64,000 nucleotides of DNA, taken from an uncultured Verrucomicrobiae bacterium. GTDB taxonomy: Bacteria; Verrucomicrobiota; Verrucomicrobiia; Chthoniobacterales; Chthoniobacteraceae. The position numbers and the translations under genes were made by a program. Each line of letters opens with the position of its first letter. The stretch's first letter is position 1. Shown one piece after another: positions 41,679 to 50,312 of the stretch. The notes beneath the pieces are model-generated. The model had not been told where the DNA came from. It saw only the letters and a list, made by a program, of their open reading frames with translations, and did not search any database. The stretch spans positions 32,001 through 96,000 of the forward strand of contig CAWHEP010000002.1 in assembly GCA_963828525.1 (NCBI GenBank), in the 5' to 3' direction.

Positions 41679-42397
41679 GGGGTCAGGCAACATTTCTTGA
41701 CAGATTGACCCACTTTTGGAGGGGGATGGGGAGCTTCGTCTTTCGGTTTGGCTGGCGGCGCAGTTGTTGGCTGGCGTTTTCGGGGCTTTTCATGGCTAGG
41801 TGGCTTGCGATCCACCGCAAATCCGCCTGGGTGTTTTCCCATATAACCCGGGCTATGGCGACCTTTTATAAGGCTGCTGCCAGGTTTGACTGCCAGCTCC
41901 CGGTCGTTTACCCCGCGGCTTGCAATCCCTGCGCCAGCAACCGCTCCGCCTCTTGCAGGCCATGCGCGCGGCTTTCCCCACTGGCACGGTATCCGCGGTG
42001 GCGCGCCCTTTTTTAATGTCGCCTCGCCGAGCTTAAGCATCCCTTCGGCGAACGCCTGGCTCCCCCAATACCATCCGCGTCTTAAAGAACTCATGCGCCG
42101 GTCCGCTTCGGCATCCTCAACCGGCACCCCGGCTCTCTCGGCCACTTCTTCGGCCGCCCGCCGATCCAGACCTCTCACGAACTCTCGCCTGCCCGCCGCC
42201 GTATCCGTATATCCCAGTTCCCGCAGGCCTTCACCGACTGCGAGCCACTTCGCGCGTTTGCCAGCAGTCAGCGCGTATCCGCAGGCCACGCTGCTCCAGG
42301 CATAATCCATCACGCTTTGCCCGCCCGAGGATCGATCAACCTGGCCAATAAGCGAGGTATCTGTCAAGAAATGTTGCCTGACCCCGATTCCATGCGC
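41666..42397 (-). mobile_element. MITE-like RAYT deletion derivative, copy B
   Basis: Perfect 24-bp inverted repeats GGGGTCAGGCAACATTTCTTGACA (41679-41702) / TGTCAAGAAATGTTGCCTGACCCC (42362-42385). Confidence 0.87.
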
Positions 42398-42660
42398 GTG
42401 TCGTGAACGGGCAAATACTTCATCTTTCCCCAGGCGTGCGGAACTTGCTGCTCGGCGTGAAGTCCAGCGTCAAGAACCGCCGCGCCTGCTGATCCAATAC
42501 GCGTGATCGCGGTGAATTCCATCCGAGCAAGTGCGCCGCGAGCGGTAAAGAGGTCTGGCTTCCATCCTCCGGTGGGCGAATTATAAAGGCAAGACGCGCC
42601 GCGCTCCGGGCGAGGTGCCGGTCGTGATCACGTCCCCATGCTCAAGTGACCTCGGCGCTA

Positions 42661-43167
42661 TCAAGAGCGGGTTCTTGAATCGAAGGGCGGTTCCGGGTCC
42701 AGCGTCACCCCCGGCGCATTCCGGCTCGTCGTGTCATTGAGGATCAGCCGGTGCGAAGGAGTCAGCTCCATCATCGACACCTGCGGGTTGGTGTTGTCCA
42801 AGGTCGCCTCGCTCCAGAGCCAGTCCAGCGCCCCCCGCGTCCCGCCCATCCGCAACATGCTAGCATTGCCATTCTGCGCGTCCGTGTAGTGGAAAGCCAG
42901 CGCGTTCTGCGCCTCCGTGCCGCTCGTCACCCAGCTCCCCATCGTCAGGATGTTGCCCTGGATATCGAGGTCGCCATTGAGCTTCCTGCTCTGACCCAGC
43001 ACGCCGCCAGCAGGGGTAATGCCGGCCGCTTGGGTTACCGCCGCCGCTTCCCGGCTGGCTTGGACCCCCAACCGTTGCCACGCTGCCGGGAACTTGGCCC
43101 GGGAAGCTAAACAACCCGGTCCCTGTCGCGTATGAGCCCGTGTAATGCGCGCCATCCGGGCCAGTCA
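42661..43167 (-). pseudogene. Internal fragment of a large Gly-rich exported protein, frameshifted, fused to the RAYT fragment
   Basis: PDGAHYTGSYATGTG...NGDLDIQGNILTMGSW...HRLILND; no start codon of its own. Confidence 0.45.
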
Positions 43168-43438
43168 GGCTTCCGGCCTCGCTATCAGCGCATGGTAATG
43201 GTTGTCCATCAACACCCATGCATGAACTCGCCAGCCAGTCATTGAGCGCCTCTCCGAGCGTTTCAAAAAGAAGCGCCGAATCGTCGTCCGATTCGAATAT
43301 CTTGCCTCGGCGGTTCCCTCGCGCCATCACGTGGTAGAACGCTCCAGGTATTCGATGCGAATGCTGCGCGGCATCTCCTTCTCATACCGATAAGAGAGCG
43401 TATTTGTCAAGAGATGTTGCCTGACCCCTATTTGCGCA
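43168..43438 (-). mobile_element. RAYT 5' fragment plus end repeat, near-identical to 31165-31439
   Basis: Direct sequence match with small indels; repeat at 43405-43428. Confidence 0.85.
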
Positions 43439-43684
43439 TTTTAGCCCAGCACTTAGGCACCAGCAGTTCTTATCGATTTACGTTGCGCTCAGGCGAGACT
43501 ATCAGCGGCAAAGTGCATACGTTTTCGTCACGTTGGATCGTAGTAGAGTGTCCTGATCACAAGCGGACGTTTATTGCCTTCGATGCCATTGAGGCGATCA
43601 GCGAGGAATAGCGACTCCCGGCTGCCGCGACCGGACGGAAAATGGCAGGATTCTCGATTTACCCATCGAAGCCATGCTTCGCCG

Positions 43685-43777
43685 CTCGCGACACTTTGTC
43701 GCGAGAACTGTCGCGAGAACCAGGATGGCGGAAGCGGACATGCCGCTTCGCGACAGAGTGTCGTGAGAGTCGTCGCG
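43685..43777. repeat. Palindromic REP-like cluster
   Basis: CTCGCGACA-CTT-TGTCGCGAG (43685-43705), TCGCGACA-GAG-TGTCGTGA (43748-43766), repeated TGTCGCGAGAAC. Confidence 0.65.
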
Positions 43778-43778
43778 A

Positions 43779-45293
43779 TCACGGTTTCTGCACCTCGTAT
43801 TCGGTGGAGGAACTCGCGCCCGCCTTGCGCAGCAATCCCAGTTCGACTAACCTCTTGAGGTGGCGCTGCGCCTTCCGGGAATCAAATCCCATGTGAAGGG
43901 CATACTCTTTCCGCGTGACCGAGGTTTTGGTAGCCAGAAACGCCCAACCCCGTTTCTCGTCTTTGTTCAAGGCTTTTAATACGTCGGCTGTCAGAGCGCC
44001 CACCGCCGCTTGCACATTCCGGTAAATGGTCAGGCTCAAGTAAAGCCCATCGAACGCATACTTCGGTACCGGCAATCCATGCTTTGTGGCGGCTTCTCCG
44101 AGAGTCCTCATCCCAAACCCGCGCCCCTCCACCAGCTTTGTTCCGCCAAACGCAAACTGAAGCTTGGGATTCCGGTTATACATCGGCGCGGTAAACGCCT
44201 GCATTTGTTCCACGGTAATGGGAGCCAGCGGAGCGCCCGGACTGCGCACCGTGACCGTGTCCGCGGTCACCACCAAATGACAGGTGGCGCCAACAAGGTC
44301 GTAATCGCGATGCACCAGCGCGTTGATTACCGCCTCGCGCACCAGTTCGAATGGCAACGCGGGCCGCTCTTCACGCGTCATGCGGCTCCGGTCGATCACA
44401 TTCGGTAGCTTCGGGCGCAGCCAATCCTCCACCAGATCGGGAATAAGAATGGTCGGCCCGTCGAAGTTCCGAATCTCGTGCGTGCCATCGGGATACTCGA
44501 TCGTCGCATTCAACCCGGCCTGGTGCAGAATCTCGCGCGGGGCTTTCCCAAAAAGCAGGAAACCAAATCCGGTTGGCACAAGCTTCGAACCGTGGCGGCG
44601 GAGCAATCCCTGGTGCTCCAACCGCTGAAGGAATCCGGCGGAAATCGTCTTGTCCGGAATTTTCGTCCGCCCGCGATAGCGCGCAAGAGCATCTGAGGCC
44701 AGGTCTGTCAGCTTCCCGCCGGCCAGCGCCTCGTCCCATCGCGAAAGCAGCGAAGGCATGGCCGCCTTTAGGTTTCTGGCTTCGGCAGCGCGCTTCAACG
44801 CATGGGTGATGAACTCCTTGTTGGCCTCACGAATCTGCTCCTGCAAATCGCGGTCGAATAGGTGAACCTTGATGCCGTTCTCTTCCAGATAACGGATGCC
44901 CTGGCGGTCCACCGTGGGATCAGGATCCTCGATGCCCACCCAAACCTCCGCAATCCGGGCGCTCACGATCCGTTCCGCACAGGCCATCTTCGGATGTTTC
45001 CTGGCCCCCGGCGCGCACGGTTCCAGAGTGGCGAACAGAAACGAACGATCGAGCCGTTCATCGCGATGCTTGCGTTCGAGCAACGTGTATTCGGCGTGGT
45101 CGCCATGGCGAAGCTCTCCTCGGCACGCGGCATCTATCACACCGTCCGGTTTCACAAGCACCGCACCCACCAGCGGACTTGGCTTCCCGTCCGCGCGTGG
45201 CTCGTTGATGGATTGCTTCATCACCTCGATGGCCTTCTCCATCATCTTTCGCGCGCCGAGTTTTGGCTTGGAAGGGGAGGAACTTGTCACCAT
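43779..45293 (-). CDS. Fusion of RibD-like zinc deaminase, HATPase_c_4 domain and C-terminal winged HTH
   Basis: PLVGAVLV, HAE, TLEPC..C, GIEDPDP; REAVINALVHRDY, RSPG, RNPKL, EGRGFGM; KAQRHLKRLVELGLL. Confidence 0.85.
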   Translation of the reverse strand: MVTSSSPSKPKLGARKMMEKAIEVMKQSINEPRADGKPSPLVGAVLVKPDGVIDAACRGELRHGDHAEYTLLERKHRDERLDRSFLFATLEPCAPGARKHPKMACAERIVSARIAEVWVGIEDPDPTVDRQGIRYLEENGIKVHLFDRDLQEQIREANKEFITHALKRAAEARNLKAAMPSLLSRWDEALAGGKLTDLASDALARYRGRTKIPDKTISAGFLQRLEHQGLLRRHGSKLVPTGFGFLLFGKAPREILHQAGLNATIEYPDGTHEIRNFDGPTILIPDLVEDWLRPKLPNVIDRSRMTREERPALPFELVREAVINALVHRDYDLVGATCHLVVTADTVTVRSPGAPLAPITVEQMQAFTAPMYNRNPKLQFAFGGTKLVEGRGFGMRTLGEAATKHGLPVPKYAFDGLYLSLTIYRNVQAAVGALTADVLKALNKDEKRGWAFLATKTSVTRKEYALHMGFDSRKAQRHLKRLVELGLLRKAGASSSTEYEVQKP

Positions 45294-45342
45294 GGGCAGC
45301 GTGATTCTATCGAGCCGATTCCCGTCCAGCCACGCTCAATTT

Positions 45343-45795
45343 TCAACTTAAAAGACCCATCGGCTGGCGAGGCGCATCTTTCATCCGGACCTCGCAGTCA
45401 ATTCCGGGGCGTTGAAACAAGGAAGGTGGCAGGTTATGGCGGTATTCCCTGACTTCGTTTTCAGTAATCAGTCCGCGCTTGCGTGCCTCGGCGAACGCCT
45501 GAGCCAGCAGATCAGGAGAAAGCTCCTGTGCTTCATTCAGATCGAGAATGGTTCTCATGGGGCGCGTAAACGCGGAACCCCGTGCGCTCTTCGGTCACCT
45601 CGGCGAGCAGGTCGGCATGGGGCAGGACAAGCACAGGCGGTATTTTGGAATTCTTGCGAAATTTCATGGCACCGTCATGTGGAGCTTGGACGGCATCACA
45701 TCCGACAGGTCATGGATGCTGCGAGCCGTTTGATGCGAATAAGCCCCCCTGCGGATGATCCTGTCTGTCTCGTGACCAGAGAGACCAGCGCCATG
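45343..45795 (-). pseudogene. Type IV TA AbiEi-family antitoxin remnant with several frameshifts
   Basis: Stitched translation WSLWSRDRQDHPQG.YSHQTA.SIHDLSDVMPSKLHMTVP.KFRKNSKIPPVLVL...GFRV..PMRTILDL...QAFAEARKRGLIT. Confidence 0.7.
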
Positions 45796-45800
45796 CGACG

Positions 45801-46406
45801 TCAGATCAGGAGCTTCAAGGACTGCCTAAGCAAGTCTTCAGAGTTGGCTGCGCCTCCGGCGGCTTTGCTTGCCTGAGTAACGACTTTGAGCGCTTCGACC
45901 TGTTTGTAGCCGAGGGAGATAAGACCCAGAACGGCATCATTAATGGAAGTCTCTTCCTGGGTGGGAGCGCGTCCCGCGCTGGCGGCTTCCCACGCGGCGG
46001 CGACGCCGACCTTGTCCTTGAGTTCCAAAACAATGCGCTCCGCGGTCTTTTTGCCGACGCCGCTGATGCGGGAGAGCGCCTGCGCGTCCCCGTTCACGAC
46101 GGCTTCCTTGAACAGGGTGACACTCATGCCGCTAAGCACGGCCAAGGCGAGCTTTGGTCCGATGCCTGAGACATGATTGACGAGCAGGCGGAACAAGTCA
46201 CGCTCAGCAGTGGACATGAAGCCATAAAGCACATGGGCGTCCTCGCGCACCTGCAGATGGGTAAGTATCTTGATGGAGCCGCCGGGTTGCGGCAGTTTGT
46301 CGAAACTGGATAGCGGTATGAAAACCTGGTAGCCAACGCCGTTGACGGCAACGACGATTTGTGTTGGCAGAGACTCGGCCAGAAGGCCTTCAAGAAACGT
46401 GATCAT
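45801..46406 (-). CDS. ruvA: Holliday junction branch migration protein RuvA
   Basis: MITFLEG, NGVGY, VREDAHVLYGF, SGIGPKLAL, GVGKKTAERIVLELKDK, LISLGY. Confidence 0.97.
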   Translation of the reverse strand: MITFLEGLLAESLPTQIVVAVNGVGYQVFIPLSSFDKLPQPGGSIKILTHLQVREDAHVLYGFMSTAERDLFRLLVNHVSGIGPKLALAVLSGMSVTLFKEAVVNGDAQALSRISGVGKKTAERIVLELKDKVGVAAAWEAASAGRAPTQEETSINDAVLGLISLGYKQVEALKVVTQASKAAGGAANSEDLLRQSLKLLI

Positions 46407-46410
46407 AGAT

Positions 46411-47076
46411 ATGCAGAAAGCAGATAGCAGACGGGGGCGCGGGAATGAAGCGTTTTGCGGCAGGGGGATGGCTTGTTTTGTCCTGCTGATGCTCCTGTCA
46501 GGCGGGATGGCAAACGCGCAGATGTCCGACCCGAAGACATGGGTGGTGGCCATCGAGCCCAAGTTCATGCGCCCGGCGCTGGCGCAGCCGATCTCGCGAG
46601 CGGAGCGGACGGTTCTCGCGCCGGGGTATATGGACGGAGGGACGCTGCGCTATTTTTCGACCGAAGAGTTCGCGAGCCTGACCACCGGATGGGAGGCTTT
46701 TAGCCGCCGGGCGCGCGATAACGCGCAGCTCGCGTTGGGGAAGCTGAAGCCGATCTATACGCGCGACAAGAAGAAGGTTATCGAGTACGCGGCGCTAAAA
46801 TCAGACGGGCCGGAGGTGGCCGCGACTGTCCTTGCGCCCAAATTCCTCGATCTCTTCAAGGACATCTTTGGGAGTCATCTGATACTCGCGATTCCAAGCC
46901 GGGAGAGGGTGTATGTGTTCCCCAAGCTCGCGAGCACCTACCAGGAGCATGCTTCGATGGTGATTGATGAATACCGCGCTTCATTGCACCCGGTCAGTCT
47001 CGAGGTATTCGAGCTGGATGCCACTGGTCTTAAGGCTATCGGGATCTTTGAGGACGCTGAGGAGGACGGGCTCTAA
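46411..47076 (+). CDS. Hypothetical exported protein
   Basis: Signal-like hydrophobic stretch followed by a globular domain; divergent from ruvA; start uncertain. Confidence 0.65.
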   Translation: MQKADSRRGRGNEAFCGRGMACFVLLMLLSGGMANAQMSDPKTWVVAIEPKFMRPALAQPISRAERTVLAPGYMDGGTLRYFSTEEFASLTTGWEAFSRRARDNAQLALGKLKPIYTRDKKKVIEYAALKSDGPEVAATVLAPKFLDLFKDIFGSHLILAIPSRERVYVFPKLASTYQEHASMVIDEYRASLHPVSLEVFELDATGLKAIGIFEDAEEDGL

Positions 47077-47113
47077 CGATCCGCCGATTCGAAATTAACC
47101 GCAGTCAAACGGT

Positions 47114-49375
47114 TTACTTGGTGACGCTGGCTGTTTGCTGGGGTTGGGAAAGGCTTACAAGATCCGCCACTATGTTCAGGGCTTCGACACGGATTGGATC
47201 CACAGCCACTGCCGCAGGACCGCCGCTTTCCTCGTCCATGTCATCGGCGTCGGCATCTTGGTCGACTTTAAGGTCTTTCTTTGCCCCTTTGGATCCAGCC
47301 ACATCCTTTTTGTCGGTCTTCACCAACTGCAACTCAGGGTTGTTTACGTTGTCGAGAGTGACCTCATAACGCTTTTCGGGAGGCGCTTTCTCTTTCGCCC
47401 TCTCTGCAGTACGCGCGTCGGTTGTCTGCTTGTCCTTGAGAAGCTCATCCCGTCTTGTAACCTCGTTGAGCGAGACTTTGTTCTCCGCGAGCTTTCGCTT
47501 CGTCTTATCGAGATCTTCGACGATGAAATGGAACTCCTGACTTGCGGCAACTCTCTCGGCGGAGCGCTTTTTCAGCTCGGCCAGGAACAAGGGGTGATCG
47601 GTGACTTTCTCGAAGGGAGCGGGATCGACTTCGTCGTAGCTCATAGGCCCCTTCAGGGCGCCTTCACCCAAATCGGGATGGTCGAACAACGAGGGGAGCT
47701 TGATATCCGAGATGACACCGCGCAGTTGGGTGGAACCACCGGCAATGCGGTAGAATTTCTGGATGGTGAGCTTGAGGGCGCCCGCATCGTTTGTGTCGCC
47801 CCCGAGAAATGGAATTACACGCCCGATCTGAACCATCGTCTGCACGGTGCCTTTTCCGAAGGTGCTGGCATCGCCAACGATGACGGCGCGCTGGCAATCC
47901 TGAAGGGCAGCGGCAAAAATCTCACTGGCGCTGGCGCTGAGCCTGTTGGTGATAACAACCATCGGGCCCTCATAAGCGATGTCGGTCTCTTTGTTCTTCA
48001 AGACGTGGATGGTGCCATTCGCATCCTTGGACTGAACAACGGGGCCTTTTTTGACGAATAATCCCGTGAGGTTGATGGCTTCGTCGAGAGAACCGCCCCC
48101 GTTCCGACGCAAGTCGATGACGAGGCCTTCGATGTTCTCCTGCTTCAGACGATTCAAGAGCGCCAGGACATCCTGGGTGGTGCTCCTGGCCCCCTTCGTG
48201 CCAGCGTGTTCCATGTCCGCGTAGAATGAGGGCAGCATGATCCAACCGAGACGGTGGGCGCGGCCAGCGGGATCCGCGCGCTCAATGATCTCGGCCTTCG
48301 CCGCCTGATCCTTTAGCTGAATCTCGTCGCGAACAATCTGAACCGTCTTGCGCTTGGCAGGATCGGTGGCGTGGGCCGGAATGACTTGAAGTCTGACGGT
48401 AGTGCCCTTCTTGCCGCGGATCATGTCCACCACCTTGTCGAGCTTCATATCCACAGCGTCCACGAAATCCCGGTCGCCCTGCGCGACCGCGCTGATTTTA
48501 TCGTTCACTTTCAAGTGGCCATCCTTCTGAGCCGGACCGCCGGGAACCAGATCTGTGACGGTGGCGCAACCCTCCTCGGAACGCAGCACAGCCCCGATGC
48601 CAACCAAAGACAAACGCATCTGGATCTCAAAGTTATCGAGGTCCGCCTTGCTGAGGTATTCGGAATGAGGATCGTAGGTTTGAGCGAGAGTGGAGAGGTA
48701 TATCTTGATCGCGTCGTCGTGAGTTTCCTCGTGGACGTTGCGAAGGATGTTGTCGTAACGGTGCGACACGGTCTTGATAGCCTCGGCGAGAGGATCAAGC
48801 GGTTTGCCCGAGGCATCTGTTTTGTTCTCCTTCGTCTTGGGAGACTCTGTGGCAGCGGAAGGCGACTTATTAAGCTTTTCCTGGAGGAGCTCGCCCTCCA
48901 CGCGGTCGCGCCAGAGTTGGTCCGCCTCTTGCATGTCCTTGGGCCATGGAGCTTTTTGCCTGTTTATCTCGATGGTTCGGTTGCTATCGAAAGCGTATTT
49001 TTCCTTGAGCAACTGCTTCACCATCCCGATGCGATCTTCCACTCTCTTGATATAGAGGTCCCAGATTTCGAAAGCGGGATTAACATTGCCGAGCAGGATG
49101 TCGTCATTAAGCGAGCCGCCGTATTTGGCATTAAAGCCATCGATGTCCTGTTGCGTGAAGAAGGTCTTGTTGTAGTCAAGCTGCTCCAGGTAATTCTTCA
49201 GGAAGAGGCGGGCGGTATCGGGATCCAGCTTATGCCGGGAGTAGTGAACCTGCTCCAGGAGACGCCCGACGGAAGCGCAAATCTGGCCGGGGTCGGGCCC
49301 GGTTGCTTTTAACGATGAGCCGCCGAGGAAAGCCGCCAAAACCAGGGCGGACGAGAGCAATCTAGTAATCTTCAT
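47114..49375 (-). CDS. prc: Carboxy-terminal processing (tail-specific) protease, S41 family
   Basis: YDPHSEY, GIGAVL (PDZ), DLRRNGGGSL, SASASEIFAAALQD, GKGTVQ, GGSTQLRGV. Confidence 0.95.
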   Translation of the reverse strand: MKITRLLSSALVLAAFLGGSSLKATGPDPGQICASVGRLLEQVHYSRHKLDPDTARLFLKNYLEQLDYNKTFFTQQDIDGFNAKYGGSLNDDILLGNVNPAFEIWDLYIKRVEDRIGMVKQLLKEKYAFDSNRTIEINRQKAPWPKDMQEADQLWRDRVEGELLQEKLNKSPSAATESPKTKENKTDASGKPLDPLAEAIKTVSHRYDNILRNVHEETHDDAIKIYLSTLAQTYDPHSEYLSKADLDNFEIQMRLSLVGIGAVLRSEEGCATVTDLVPGGPAQKDGHLKVNDKISAVAQGDRDFVDAVDMKLDKVVDMIRGKKGTTVRLQVIPAHATDPAKRKTVQIVRDEIQLKDQAAKAEIIERADPAGRAHRLGWIMLPSFYADMEHAGTKGARSTTQDVLALLNRLKQENIEGLVIDLRRNGGGSLDEAINLTGLFVKKGPVVQSKDANGTIHVLKNKETDIAYEGPMVVITNRLSASASEIFAAALQDCQRAVIVGDASTFGKGTVQTMVQIGRVIPFLGGDTNDAGALKLTIQKFYRIAGGSTQLRGVISDIKLPSLFDHPDLGEGALKGPMSYDEVDPAPFEKVTDHPLFLAELKKRSAERVAASQEFHFIVEDLDKTKRKLAENKVSLNEVTRRDELLKDKQTTDARTAERAKEKAPPEKRYEVTLDNVNNPELQLVKTDKKDVAGSKGAKKDLKVDQDADADDMDEESGGPAAVAVDPIRVEALNIVADLVSLSQPQQTASVTK

Positions 49376-49479
49376 GTAAGAGGAGTCGTGTCCCCGCGAT
49401 CCAGACAGGCGGAGAAGCCTGCAAAGCTGGCAGAGAAATAGCCGCAAATCAAATAAGGCAGCGTCTGATTCGACCAATC

Positions 49480-50307
49480 TCAGGCAGAAACGTTCGATTT
49501 ACCGCATTCTATTAAATGCTCCACGTGGGAGGCGTACTCCTGGCGCAAGCGCGTGGAAACCGCTGTGGACCGGAATGCCGCCGCTCGAAATGCCACCACT
49601 GGCATGATGCCCAACCATGAATTGGTTATAAACACTTCCTGCGCCGAATGAAGGTCGCGCTCCGCCAGGTCGCATTCCAACACGGGCGTTTTGCTCATAA
49701 CCCATGCCCGGATAACGCCCATGCGGGCGCCCGTGGAAGGGGCGGGCGTAAGCACCTCGCCTGCTTTCACCAGAAACAGATTTGCCGAGGCTGTGGAGAT
49801 CAACCGGCCTGCCGCATCCATGAGAACCGCCTCGTCCTGGCCCCGCTCGCGGCACTGCGAAAGCGCCAGGGCGTTACCCCAGTAGTTCCCCGTCTTCCAG
49901 CCGGACAACGGAATGTGCCGCCGCTGATCCAAGCCCAGGCGAAAACCGGCGGCGAGCCTTTCCTGCGAGACCGGCTGGCGCTCCTCGATAAACAGGTAAA
50001 CGCGACAACCATGAAAGGCGTCGGTAAGGGATCCATCACCCGCCGTCACGTAGATGCGCGCGAAGCCGCTGCTTCCCGACTCCCTCAGCAACGCGCCCGC
50101 ATACGCGAGCGCGTCTGGAGGCAGGATGAAACGGGCCTCCCTGCATCCCTGCTCCAGCCGCCGGATGTGTTCATCGATGAAGAGAGCGATTCCCGCCACG
50201 ACAGGGAAACTTTCAAAGAGGGACATGCCATACCGGAAACCGCGATCCGAAATCGGGATGGCGTCAAATTCCGAGAAACAGCCGTCCCGCCATTGCCAGC
50301 AGAGCAT
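49480..50307 (-). CDS. Aminotransferase class IV (PabC/IlvE-like)
   Basis: DRGFRYGMSLFES, H..RL, KTGNY, NLFLV, EVFITNS. Confidence 0.9.
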   Translation of the reverse strand: MLCWQWRDGCFSEFDAIPISDRGFRYGMSLFESFPVVAGIALFIDEHIRRLEQGCREARFILPPDALAYAGALLRESGSSGFARIYVTAGDGSLTDAFHGCRVYLFIEERQPVSQERLAAGFRLGLDQRRHIPLSGWKTGNYWGNALALSQCRERGQDEAVLMDAAGRLISTASANLFLVKAGEVLTPAPSTGARMGVIRAWVMSKTPVLECDLAERDLHSAQEVFITNSWLGIMPVVAFRAAAFRSTAVSTRLRQEYASHVEHLIECGKSNVSA

Positions 50308-50312
50308 CGGGT

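Noticed and set aside
31405..43428. Repeat family as a CRISPR array or integron attC array
   Set aside because: Spacing is irregular (0.15-7 kb), both orientations occur, there are no cas or intI genes and no attC RYYYAAC/GTTRRRY structure
43779..45293. Annotation as ribD or recG
   Set aside because: No reductase domain, no helicase motifs and no riboflavin genes nearby
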